A stretch of DNA of 23,644 nt from Myxococcota bacterium (GCA_036336835.1 JAYZFK010000026.1:1-23644), one strand, 5' to 3'. Shown: positions 1 to 8,297, counted from the stretch's first letter. Notes: generated by a model from the letters alone, not told the origin. Numbers and translations are program-made.

Positions 1-25
1 CGGCAGGAACGGCAGGAACGGCAGG
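1..25. repeat. 9-bp tandem repeat (CGGCAGGAA) of about 2.8 copies, possibly continuing outside the window
   Basis: Reads cggcaggaa cggcaggaa cggcagg; on the minus strand it encodes (L-P-F)n. Confidence 0.8.
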
Positions 26-54
26 CCGTGGAAGCTTGCGAGAGTCCGGGACAT
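1..54 (-). CDS. 5' stub of a gene divergent from hisS, running off the window; N-terminus MSRTLASFHGLPFLPFLP is signal-peptide-like
   Basis: Minus-strand ATG at 54, with GGAG (66-63) 8 nt upstream. Open frame for 18 codons to the window edge. The hydrophobic LPF repeat comes from a 9-bp tandem. Confidence 0.5.
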   Translation of the reverse strand, partial: MSRTLASFHGLPFLPFLP

Positions 55-197
55 CGAAGGGGCTCCAATCGTGGGGAGATCCAGTAGCCGGTGGGCGGCA
101 GGGGTGTAGCAGCCCGCGGCGGCCTCCTCACGTCAGAACCCTCTGCAAGCGCGACGGTTTCGGGGCAGCCAGCGCAAAGGCGTGCTACTCGGAGCGC

Positions 198-1511
198 GTG
201 AGCAAGCAGAGCCTCCAGGCGCCGCGCGGCACGCGCGACTTCTACCCGGAAGACATGCGCTTTCGCGAGTGGCTGTTCGATCACTTCCGCGCCGTCGCGC
301 GTTCCTTCGGCTTCGAGGAGGTCGACGCCCCGATCGTCGAGCACGCCGAGCTGTTCACGCGCAAGGCCGGCGAGGAGATCGTCGAGCAGCTCTACCACTT
401 CGTGATCCACGACCGACACCTCGCCCTGCGCGGCGAGTTCACCCCCTCACTGGCCCGCATGGTCATGGCGCGCGCCGGAGCGCTGAAGTTTCCGATCCGC
501 TGGTTCGCGATCCCGCAGTGCTGGCGCTACGAGCGCATGACGCGCGGGCGACGCCGTGAGCACTACCAGTGGAACATGGACATCTGGGGCGAGCCGGGAG
601 TCGAGGCGGAGGCCGAGCTCCTGGCGGCGATCTGCAGCCTGCTCGACCGGCTCGCGCTGCCCCGCGACGCCGTCAAGATCCGGCTCAACAGCCGCGCACT
701 GCTCGAGGAGTCGCTCCGCCAGAGCGTGTTGCGCGAGCGACCCGAGACGTTCGAGCCACTGTGCGTGGTGATCGACAAGCTCGACAAGATCGGCGCCGAC
801 GCCGTCGCCCTCCAGCTCACCGACCCCGCCGGACCCATCGGCCTCGAAGCGGCAGCGGCGGATCACGTGATCGAGATGCTCGGTGCGCGCGATCTCGACG
901 AAGCCGCCCGCTTCGCTCCGAGCGGCTCGGCGGCGCTCGACGACCTGCGCCGTCTGTTCGAGCTACTCGACGCATATGGCATCGCCGACCGCGCGACCTT
1001 CGACGCCTCGGTCGTTCGGGGCCTCGCCTACTACACCGGCGTCGTGTTCGAGGTCTTCGACACGGGCGGCGCACTGCGCGCAGTATGCGGCGGCGGCCGC
1101 TACGACAGGCTGCTCGAGTCGCTCGGCGGCCCGAGCGTACCGGCCGTGGGCTTCGGCTTCGGCGATGCGGTGATCCACGAGCTGCTGGCCGAACAGGGCA
1201 GGCTGCCGGTGCTCGAACGCCAGTTGGACGACGTCGTCTACGCCTTCGGAGAGGAAGAGCGAGCGGCCGCGATCGGCGTGGCGCGGCGCCTGCGCGAGGC
1301 CGGACGAGCGGTCGAGCTCGTCGCGGGGCACCCGAGGCCGAAGCGCGTCTTCGCCGATGCCGACCGCAACGGCGCCGCTCGGGTGTGGCTGATCGGACCC
1401 GAAGAACGCGAGCGCGGCGTGTCGCGGGCGAAGGATCTGGCGACCGGCGACCAGCGCGACGTCGCCTACGGCGCCGAGCTGGCCGACCTCGGCGCGCCAT
1501 CCTCCGCTTGA
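198..1511 (+). CDS. hisS: Histidine--tRNA ligase
   Basis: Motifs APRGTRDFYPED, LFTRKAGEEI, LALRGEFT, WRYER..RGRRREHYQWNMD, VRGLAYYTG and GGGRYD..AVGFGFG, followed by a C-terminal anticodon-binding domain. GTG at 198 chosen over TTG at 36 because recognisable homology starts there. Confidence 0.96.
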   Translation: MSKQSLQAPRGTRDFYPEDMRFREWLFDHFRAVARSFGFEEVDAPIVEHAELFTRKAGEEIVEQLYHFVIHDRHLALRGEFTPSLARMVMARAGALKFPIRWFAIPQCWRYERMTRGRRREHYQWNMDIWGEPGVEAEAELLAAICSLLDRLALPRDAVKIRLNSRALLEESLRQSVLRERPETFEPLCVVIDKLDKIGADAVALQLTDPAGPIGLEAAAADHVIEMLGARDLDEAARFAPSGSAALDDLRRLFELLDAYGIADRATFDASVVRGLAYYTGVVFEVFDTGGALRAVCGGGRYDRLLESLGGPSVPAVGFGFGDAVIHELLAEQGRLPVLERQLDDVVYAFGEEERAAAIGVARRLREAGRAVELVAGHPRPKRVFADADRNGAARVWLIGPEERERGVSRAKDLATGDQRDVAYGAELADLGAPSSA

Positions 1512-1534
1512 AGGCCGAGGCCCGAGATCCCAGA

Positions 1535-3475
1535 ATGCGCCGTTCTCATCCGGAGCCGGAGGGTTCGTTGTCCGACTGGAGCACCGCCAGGAGCACCGAG
1601 CTGTACGGCCTCGACAAGTGGGGCAGCGGTGCGTTCGCGATCAACGAGGCCGGACACATCGCGGTCCGACCGCGCGGCGACGACGGACCCGAAATCGACC
1701 TGCTATCGCTGGTCGACGACCTCCAGCGCCGCGGCCTGCGCACGCCGATCCTGCTGCGCTTCTCCGACATCCTCGCGAACCGCATTGCGACCCTGGCCGG
1801 ATCCTTCGCGAGCGCCATCTCCGAGTACGAGTACAACGGTCGCTGGCGGGGCGTATACCCGATCAAGGTGAACCAGCAGCGCCACGTCGTGGAAGAGGTC
1901 GTCGAGCACGGCGCGCGCCACGGCGTCGGTCTCGAAGCCGGCAGCAAGCCCGAGCTGCTGGTCGCGTTGGCCGTGCTCGACACGCCCGACGCAATCATCG
2001 TTTGCAACGGGTACAAGGACCGCGCCTACCTCGAGACGGCACTGCTTGCCCAGCGGCTCGGTCGTCGGCCGATCATCGTGATCGACCGCTACCGCGAGCT
2101 CGAGCTGCTGATCAAGACCGCGCGGGAACTCGACATCCGCCCGCACATCGGCGTGCGCGCCAAGCTGTGGACACGCGGGTCGGGCCGGTGGATCGACAGC
2201 AGCGGAAGTCGCAGCAAGTTCGGCCTCTCGCCCGGAGAGCTGGTCGCCGCCGTCGACCGGCTGCGCAGCGAGGACCTGCTCGATTGCCTGGAGCTGGTCC
2301 ACTGTCACATCGGCTCGCAGATCACCTCGATCCAGGCCCACAAGGAGGCGCTGCGCGAGGTGAGTCGGATCTATCTCGGCCTGCGCGAGCTCGGCGCCGG
2401 CGTCACGGCAATCGACGTGGGCGGCGGACTGGGCGTCGACTACGACGGCTCGAAGACCGACTCCCTCTCGTCGGTCAACTACTCGATCCAGGAGTACGCA
2501 AACGACGTAGTGGACGCGATCCAGGACGCCTGCGACCAGGCCCGCCAACCCCACCCCGACATCATCACCGAGAGCGGGCGAGCCATGGTCGCCCACCACT
2601 CGGTGTTGATCTTCGACGTGCTCGGTGTGCACGAGATGACCCGGGGCGGGCTCGACATCCCGGTCACCGACCACGATCCCAAGATACTGCGCGACCTGGC
2701 CGAGATCCGCGAAACCCCGATCGACGGAGAGCGGGTACACGAGGCCTATCACGACGCCGTCCATCATCGAGATCAGGCCGCCGCCGCGTTCTCGCTGGGC
2801 GTCCTCGACCTCACAGCTCGCGCTCGCGCCGAACGCCTCTACTTCGACTGCTGCCGCCGAGTGTTGGACGTCGTGCGTCAGCTGGAACAAGTGCCGGAGG
2901 ATCTGCAGAACCTCGAGCAGGAGCTCGCCGACACCTACTACGGGAACTTCTCGGTGTTCCAGTCGGCGCCGGACCACTGGGCCGTGAAGCAGCTGTTCCC
3001 GGTGATGCCGGTCCACCGCCTCGATGAGGAGCCGACGCACAGGGGCGTGTTCGCCGATCTCACCTGTGACAGCGACGGCAAGATCGACCAGTTCATCGAC
3101 CGCTCCGACAAGAAGCGTGTGCTCGAGCTGCACCCGTGGACCGGCGAGCCCTACTACATCGGCCTCTTCCTGATCGGCGCCTATCAGGAGATCCTCGGCG
3201 ACCTCCACAACTTGTTCGGCGACACCGACGCCGTCCACGTCCGGCTCGACGAAGACGGCCGCTACTCGGTCGTCCACGTCGTCGAGGGCGACGACGTGAG
3301 CGAGGTACTTCGCTACGTGGAGTACGATCGCGGGGCTCTGATCGAGCGGGTACGGCGTACCATCGAGCAGGCGCTGCGCGCCGGCCACATCAGCCTCGAG
3401 GACTCCGCGCGACTGCGCAAACGCTACGCGGAGGGGCTCGCCGAGTACACCTACCTCTCCCGCGACGACGACTGA
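1535..3475 (+). CDS. speA: Biosynthetic arginine decarboxylase (PLP, fold III)
   Basis: Motifs YPIKVNQ (PLP lysine), GLEAGSKPEL, CNGYKD, SKFGL, HIGSQI, DVGGGLGVDYDG, ESGRA, NFSVFQS.PD.W, DLTCDSDG and GAYQEILGDLHNLFG. Start is ATG 1535 or TTG 1568, the latter with GGAGGG upstream. Confidence 0.96.
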   Translation: MRRSHPEPEGSLSDWSTARSTELYGLDKWGSGAFAINEAGHIAVRPRGDDGPEIDLLSLVDDLQRRGLRTPILLRFSDILANRIATLAGSFASAISEYEYNGRWRGVYPIKVNQQRHVVEEVVEHGARHGVGLEAGSKPELLVALAVLDTPDAIIVCNGYKDRAYLETALLAQRLGRRPIIVIDRYRELELLIKTARELDIRPHIGVRAKLWTRGSGRWIDSSGSRSKFGLSPGELVAAVDRLRSEDLLDCLELVHCHIGSQITSIQAHKEALREVSRIYLGLRELGAGVTAIDVGGGLGVDYDGSKTDSLSSVNYSIQEYANDVVDAIQDACDQARQPHPDIITESGRAMVAHHSVLIFDVLGVHEMTRGGLDIPVTDHDPKILRDLAEIRETPIDGERVHEAYHDAVHHRDQAAAAFSLGVLDLTARARAERLYFDCCRRVLDVVRQLEQVPEDLQNLEQELADTYYGNFSVFQSAPDHWAVKQLFPVMPVHRLDEEPTHRGVFADLTCDSDGKIDQFIDRSDKKRVLELHPWTGEPYYIGLFLIGAYQEILGDLHNLFGDTDAVHVRLDEDGRYSVVHVVEGDDVSEVLRYVEYDRGALIERVRRTIEQALRAGHISLEDSARLRKRYAEGLAEYTYLSRDDD

Positions 3476-3478
3476 GCC

Positions 3479-4276
3479 TTGCCGCCTGCGCGCGTGATCT
3501 CCTGGAATGTGAACGGCCTGCGCGCCTGCGCGAAGAAGGGCTTCGGCCGCTTCCTCGCACGCTCGCGCGCCGAGATCGTCGGCATCCAGGAGGTGCGAGC
3601 GCTACCCGAGGAGGTCCCCGAGGAGCTCGTCCGCAACCGCCGCTGGCACACCCACTTCTCACCGGCCGAGAAGCGCGGCTACTCGGGTGTCGGCTTGTTC
3701 TCGCGGCGCGGTCCCGACCGGGTGCAGACCTCGCTGGACGACGAACGCTTCGACCGCGAGGGACGCATCCAGATCGCGCGTTTCGGCCGGCTGGTGGTCG
3801 CCAACGGCTATTTTCCGAAGGGCAGCGGCAAGGACCGCGACAACAGCCGCGTCCCCTACAAGCTCGGCTTCTACGCGGCACTCTTCGAACGAGTGCAGCG
3901 CCTGCGCCGCGGCGGCCTGCGCGTGCTCGTGATGGGCGACTTCAACACGGCACACACCGAGCTCGACCTCGCACGCCCCAGGGACAACCAGCGCAACAGC
4001 GGCTTCCTGCCCGAGGAGCGAGCCGAGCTCGATCGCTGGATCGACGCGGGCTGGGTCGACACCTTTCGCCACCAGCACCCCGGAGAGTCGGGACACCACA
4101 GCTGGTGGCGCCAATGGGGTGATGCCCGCGCCAACAACGTCGGCTGGCGAATCGACTACGTCTTCGCCTCACCGTCCGCGCTCCGCTACCTGGAGAGCGC
4201 GTTCATCCTGCCCGACACGATGGGCTCGGATCACTGCCCGGTCGGCGTCGACCTCGACCCGGGCGTCTTCGGCTGA
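3479..4276 (+). CDS. xth: Exodeoxyribonuclease III / AP endonuclease
   Basis: Motifs ISWNVNGLRA, IQE, GYSGV, EGR, YFP.G, GDFNTAH...D, SGFLPEER, DTFR, SWW, GWRIDY and GSDHCPV. Starts 3 nt after the speA stop. Confidence 0.95.
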   Translation: MPPARVISWNVNGLRACAKKGFGRFLARSRAEIVGIQEVRALPEEVPEELVRNRRWHTHFSPAEKRGYSGVGLFSRRGPDRVQTSLDDERFDREGRIQIARFGRLVVANGYFPKGSGKDRDNSRVPYKLGFYAALFERVQRLRRGGLRVLVMGDFNTAHTELDLARPRDNQRNSGFLPEERAELDRWIDAGWVDTFRHQHPGESGHHSWWRQWGDARANNVGWRIDYVFASPSALRYLESAFILPDTMGSDHCPVGVDLDPGVFG

Positions 4277-4293
4277 GCGCGGAACCGATCGGC

Positions 4294-4695
4294 TCACTTC
4301 CCGATCTGGCGTCGCCGGCTGCGCCGCGAACGCACGACCAGGACCTCGGAGCGCCCGCGCGGCCCGACGAACGAAGAGCCGATCCAGCCCGTCACACTGA
4401 CGATGGCGGCGACCACCAGCGCCGAGCCGAAGCTCGTCACGACGAAGCCCTCCACCACCACCGCGACCAGCAAGATCATCGCAGCGTTGATCGCCCACAG
4501 GAACAGTCCGAGCGACAACACCGTGATCGGCAGCGTCAGCAAGACGAAGACCGGTCGCACCACGGCGTTGACGAGGCCGAGCGTCAGCGCTGAACCCACC
4601 AGCGCCAGATCGCCGTTGATCGTCACTCCGCTCACCAGTCGATCGGCCAGCCACAGGCCCACGGCGGTCAGAGCCATCCGGATCAGGAAGCCCAC
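4294..4695 (-). CDS. 4-TMS phage holin family (YvlD/DUF360-like) membrane protein
   Basis: Signature LGLVNAVVRPVFVLLTLPITVLSLGLFLWAINA..V..F.V.SFGSAL. GTG at 4695 (MGFLIRMALT) fits the family N-terminus. Confidence 0.85.
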   Translation of the reverse strand: MGFLIRMALTAVGLWLADRLVSGVTINGDLALVGSALTLGLVNAVVRPVFVLLTLPITVLSLGLFLWAINAAMILLVAVVVEGFVVTSFGSALVVAAIVSVTGWIGSSFVGPRGRSEVLVVRSRRSRRRQIGK

Positions 4696-4767
4696 GCAAT
4701 TCCTCCCAGCCCCGGAGGATCCCCGACACGGCGCCGCGGGTCGAGCAGGCGCGTTACCCTGCGGAGC

Positions 4768-5037
4768 ATGGCGCCGGATCGCACCCGCAAGCTGCACGAG
4801 GCCGTCTCAGCCCTGGTCGAGCGGCTCCGCTCGGACGAGGAGGGGATCGATCGAGCACTGCCCGAGCTCGAGCAGCTCCACGAGGAGCTCGGGGGGCTGC
4901 TTGAGCAGGCGGCGGCGCCTCCTTCGTCCCTGGGCAAGCGGCTGCGCGCCACTCTCGACCGCTTCGAGTCGCGCCATCCCCGAACCACGATGATGGTGGG
5001 GCGGATCGCCGAATCGCTGAGCGAGATGGGGCTCTAG
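4768..5037 (+). CDS. Small helical protein, DUF4404-like
   Basis: 89 aa. The C-terminal FESRHP....VGRIAESLSEMGL matches the DUF4404 pattern as I recall it. Confidence 0.75.
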   Translation: MAPDRTRKLHEAVSALVERLRSDEEGIDRALPELEQLHEELGGLLEQAAAPPSSLGKRLRATLDRFESRHPRTTMMVGRIAESLSEMGL

Positions 5038-5071
5038 CGAACCGCGCCTCGGCGATGGCGCCGCGGACGTC

Positions 5072-5863
5072 CTACTCGCCGGTGAAGACCGGCGGTCGCT
5101 TCTCGAGCAGTGCCGCCACGCCCTCGCGGTGATCGCGGGTGGCGATCGTGCGCGACTGCAGCTCCGCCTCGTAGCGCGCGGCGTCGTGCGGGCTCCACTG
5201 CGTGTGCCGATACAGGGATCGCTTGGTCCAGCGATTCGCGATCGGCGCGGCCTGCGCGCAGGCTTCGGCCAGCTCGCGCGCACGGACGTCGACCTCCGCA
5301 GCCGGCAGCGCGTAGTTCGCCAGGCCGATGTGCTCCGCCTCGCGACCGTCGATCAGACGCCCCGTCAGCAACAGCTCGGCGGCGCGGGGGACGCCGACGA
5401 TGCGGGGCAGCAGATAGGTCGTCGCCATGCCGGGATGCAGCCCGAGCTTGGTGAAATTCGCGCCGTACTTCGCATCCTCGTTGGCGACGCGCATGTCACA
5501 CACCAGCGCGAGCCCGAGCCCACCGCCGATCGCATGACCGCCGAGCGCACCGATCACCGGAACCTCGAGCTCGAGCACCGACAGAAAGGGCTGATACATC
5601 GCGAACGATCGCTCGTTCGGCTGCAGCGGCCGCCCCTCAGGGTTGCGCTGCGCCCCGCTCTTGAAGTCGGCCCCGGCGCAGAAGCTCTTGCCCCGGGCCC
5701 CGATCAGCACCGCCCGCACCGAGGGATCGCTCGCCGCCCGAGCGACCGCGACCGCAAGGCCCGTCAGCACGTCCTCGGTCATCGAGTTGCGGTTCTCGGG
5801 GCGGTTCAACGTGATCGTCGCGATGTGGTCGCTCAGCTCGAACAGGACGGCAGGCTCGGACAC
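5072..5863 (-). CDS. Enoyl-CoA hydratase/isomerase (crotonase) family protein
   Basis: Motifs ITLNRPENRNSM, SFCAGAD, GHAIGGGLGLALVCD and LGLHPG. GGAGG lies 5 nt before GTG 5863. Confidence 0.92.
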   Translation of the reverse strand: MSEPAVLFELSDHIATITLNRPENRNSMTEDVLTGLAVAVARAASDPSVRAVLIGARGKSFCAGADFKSGAQRNPEGRPLQPNERSFAMYQPFLSVLELEVPVIGALGGHAIGGGLGLALVCDMRVANEDAKYGANFTKLGLHPGMATTYLLPRIVGVPRAAELLLTGRLIDGREAEHIGLANYALPAAEVDVRARELAEACAQAAPIANRWTKRSLYRHTQWSPHDAARYEAELQSRTIATRDHREGVAALLEKRPPVFTGE

Positions 5864-5926
5864 GGTGGCCTCCGACGGCAGGAGGCGCCTACTCTGGCAC
5901 AGCTGCGGGAGGACGCCCAAGACGCT

Positions 5927-5953
5927 TCAGCACGGATCGGGTCCGGCCGAAAC
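5927..5953 (+). promoter_or_regulatory. Sigma-28 (FliA/SigD)-like promoter candidate TCAG-N15-GCCGAAAC
   Basis: Spacing matches the TAAA-N15-GCCGATAA consensus. It ends 7 nt before the PilZ gene ATG. Confidence 0.4.
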
Positions 5954-5960
5954 GCACCCT

Positions 5961-7085
5961 ATGAATCGCCCGCGCGTACTGATTCTGGACGACGGAGAGC
6001 TCGGCCGGCTCGACGCGACGTTGCGACGCCTCGGGCTGGCGCCGCTGCGCGTGTCTGGAGACGAGATCGAGGACGGTCTGCCGATGCCGTCCGACCTGCT
6101 GATCACCACAGGATCTCGAGCGCTGTCGGGTCCGCAGCTGGCCGCGACGGGCAACCGCGTCCCGACCCGCATCTGTGTCGACACCGAGAACTCTCACCCC
6201 CTGCGCGAGCGGCTGAGCGAGCTCGGAGTGGACTACCTGGTCCACTCGAACACGTCCGACGCAAGCCTCGATCTGTTCTTCACCCAGCTGCTTCACTCCA
6301 GCAGTGAGCGCCGGACGGAGCCGCGACAGCCGCTCCGCTGCGAGGTCCGCTGGAGCTGGAGGAATCGAACACAGCAAAAGGCCACGCTGCTCGACGTCTC
6401 TACCGGCGGCATCCGCCTGGACACCGCCGACGAGATCCCGGTCGGCGCGCAGATCGAAATCGACCTCCCCAGCGAACTGGCCGGCGATGCAGTCGCGCTG
6501 CCCGCTCGCGTCGACCGCTGCGACCCGGTCTCGGCGTCCGGCTCACAGCGCTGGGAGATCGCGCTGCTCTGGGAATCGCTCGAGCGGAGCGAGCGGAGGC
6601 TGATCGATGCGCTCTCCGCGGGGCGCCACGCTGCAATGCGCTTCAGGCCGCTGCAGCCGAGCCGTTACGTCGACGGTGCGGGCATCCCCGACTGGGACGA
6701 GATGGCTCGCGTCGCCGACCGGCGCGGCGCGCCGCGTCACCGGTACGACGGTCACGTCGACGTGTTCGGCGCGACTCCGGGCACTGGGCCGATCGGCGTG
6801 CTCGGTCGCGACCTTTCTGAGCGCGGTATGCGGATCGAACCCGTCCGGGAGCTCGAGGTCGGCAGCGAGCTGACGGTCGCCATCCACGGCGGCAATCAGA
6901 GCGACCCGCTGCTGCTCGACGCCCGCGTGGAGCGGCGCCACTCGGACGATTCACTCGGCCTCTCGTTCACTCTGCTCGATTCGGCGACGCGCGCGGCCAT
7001 CGCCGAGCTACTCGACACGCTCCCCAGGGTCGCCTCGCTCGACGCGGGCGAACGCATCCTGCCCAGCGAGATCACACTCCGATAG
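5961..7085 (+). CDS. Tandem PilZ-domain protein with an N-terminal receiver-like domain
   Basis: Two RxxxR + D/NxSxxG pairs: ERRTEPR with DVSTGG, and DRRGAPR with DLSERG. The N-terminal RVLILDD...DLLITT resembles a degenerate REC domain. Confidence 0.85.
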   Translation: MNRPRVLILDDGELGRLDATLRRLGLAPLRVSGDEIEDGLPMPSDLLITTGSRALSGPQLAATGNRVPTRICVDTENSHPLRERLSELGVDYLVHSNTSDASLDLFFTQLLHSSSERRTEPRQPLRCEVRWSWRNRTQQKATLLDVSTGGIRLDTADEIPVGAQIEIDLPSELAGDAVALPARVDRCDPVSASGSQRWEIALLWESLERSERRLIDALSAGRHAAMRFRPLQPSRYVDGAGIPDWDEMARVADRRGAPRHRYDGHVDVFGATPGTGPIGVLGRDLSERGMRIEPVRELEVGSELTVAIHGGNQSDPLLLDARVERRHSDDSLGLSFTLLDSATRAAIAELLDTLPRVASLDAGERILPSEITLR

Positions 7086-7094
7086 CAGTCCCGA

Positions 7095-7135
7095 CGCAGC
7101 GCGCGGCAGGACTCCGAATCGGGCCTCGCGCTGCG
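7095..7135. other. GC-rich inverted repeat (CGCAGCGCG / CGCGCTGCG) after the PilZ gene stop; possible stem-loop
   Basis: Perfect 9-bp arms at 7095-7103 and 7127-7135. No U-tract follows. Confidence 0.35.
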
Positions 7136-7210
7136 CTCGCAACGCGGCAAGCGCTGGCGAACGCCGCGGGTCCGGTATTCTCGGGGTCCCTCCGACCGAG
7201 AGGCCAAGCC

Positions 7211-7570
7211 ATGAAACTCGATTCCGGCGTCCACCACGTCTCCCTCAACGTCGACGATGTTGCGGCCTGCCTGGACTTCTACGTCGAGGTGCTCGGACTC
7301 GACGTGCTGCCACGACCCGACTTCGGGTTCCCGGGTGCGTGGCTCCAAGCCGGAGCGCAACAGATCCACCTGATCCAGGCACCCGACCACAACCCGCCAA
7401 AGGGACAGCACTTCGCCTTCCTCGTCGCCGACCTCGATGCCGTCCGCAGCGAACTGCGAGAGGCCGGCGTCGACGTGAGCAACGTGATCGAGATCCCCGG
7501 AGTCGGCCGCCAGGCCTTCCTGCACGATCCCGCCGGCAACATGATCGAGCTCAACCAGCCAGGGGACTAG
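7211..7570 (+). CDS. VOC (glyoxalase/bleomycin resistance/dioxygenase) family protein
   Basis: Motifs HHVSLNV.D....DFY..VLG, RPDFGFPGAW, QIHL, HFAF and DPAGNMIEL. GAGAGG ribosome-binding site upstream. Confidence 0.92.
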   Translation: MKLDSGVHHVSLNVDDVAACLDFYVEVLGLDVLPRPDFGFPGAWLQAGAQQIHLIQAPDHNPPKGQHFAFLVADLDAVRSELREAGVDVSNVIEIPGVGRQAFLHDPAGNMIELNQPGD

Positions 7571-7773
7571 GAGCCCGCGACCCGCGCGCACCACGTCCGA
7601 GCCCGGAAGCGCTAGCCCGAGCCGCGCATTCGCCCCAAATACATGCGAGCTGCGCGTCGGGGGAGTCCCCGTGACCCACCCCGTTTCTTTGCCATTTCGC
7701 GTGATGCCAAACCACATCACCCCGACCGACCCGGCGCGCAGCGCGTTCCCGGGTACTCGGTCGGGAGTGCGAC

Positions 7774-8214
7774 GTGCAATTTCGACAAGCAGTGTCGTGT
7801 GGTGTGATCTTGCTGGCGCTGACCGTGTACCCGGGCTCGGGAGCGGCGCTGCCCTTCGATCGCCTCTCCGAGCGCACCACGATTTCCGAGTTCCTCCTGA
7901 GGACGTCCAACAACACCCCAGGGGCGAGGCGGATTGGCGTTCGCAATCCGATCTTCACCCGGAGCCGCGCCGGACCGACCTACGCCGGGCAACCCATGTT
8001 CTCGCGGGCCCACTTCTCGGGGCACAGGGCGCGTCTGCCTCGCTTCTCGCGCGCGGCCCGCTTCTTCTCGCACTTCCCCGTGATCGAGCTGATCGAGCCC
8101 ACGGCGCCCCTGCCCCAGCCCACGGCGCCCCTGCCCGAGCCGGCGGCCGGCGCACTGCTCGCGGGCGGCCTCTTGATGATCGCAGGGCTGAACCGACGTC
8201 GGAGAGCCAGCTGA
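7774..8214 (+). CDS. Small exported PEP-CTERM sorting-domain protein
   Basis: N-terminal hydrophobic signal (VILLALTVYPGSGAA). C-terminal LPEP, then a hydrophobic helix AAGALLAGGLLMIAGL, then RRRR. GGGAG lies 6 nt before the GTG. Confidence 0.8.
   Translation: MQFRQAVSCGVILLALTVYPGSGAALPFDRLSERTTISEFLLRTSNNTPGARRIGVRNPIFTRSRAGPTYAGQPMFSRAHFSGHRARLPRFSRAARFFSHFPVIELIEPTAPLPQPTAPLPEPAAGALLAGGLLMIAGLNRRRRAS
8081..8136 (+). repeat. In-frame tandem duplications: 9-bp TGATCGAGC x2, then 21-bp (G/C)AGCCCACGGCGCCCCTGCCC x2
   Basis: Units 8095-8115 and 8116-8136 differ at one base and encode EPTAPLP / QPTAPLP directly before the PEP motif. Confidence 0.9.
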
Positions 8215-8297
8215 CAATCCCAGTCTGCGGCGGCGGTGAACTGGGCAGTTCGCTAGTGCCGCCGCATTCTGGGCCGGTTCGGGACGAGGCGCGGGCG

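Noticed and set aside
569..1534. 968-aa ORF suggesting a long N-terminal extension of SpeA
   Set aside because: The extension is an Arg-rich off-frame read of hisS. SpeA homology starts near 1535-1568.
1703..3388. Long antisense or alternative-frame ORFs (also 8920-10860, 11417-13936, 11652-13919, 13905-15671, 15278-17641)
   Set aside because: These are typical shadow ORFs of high-GC coding DNA, with no recognisable motifs and full overlap with well-supported genes.
4294..4695. Holin-like gene as a sign of a prophage
   Set aside because: No endolysin, integrase or structural genes are nearby, and this 4-TMS family is commonly chromosomal.
7731..7746. Sigma-54 promoter for the PEP-CTERM gene (CCGGCGCG...)
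   Set aside because: It lacks the required GC at the -12 position.
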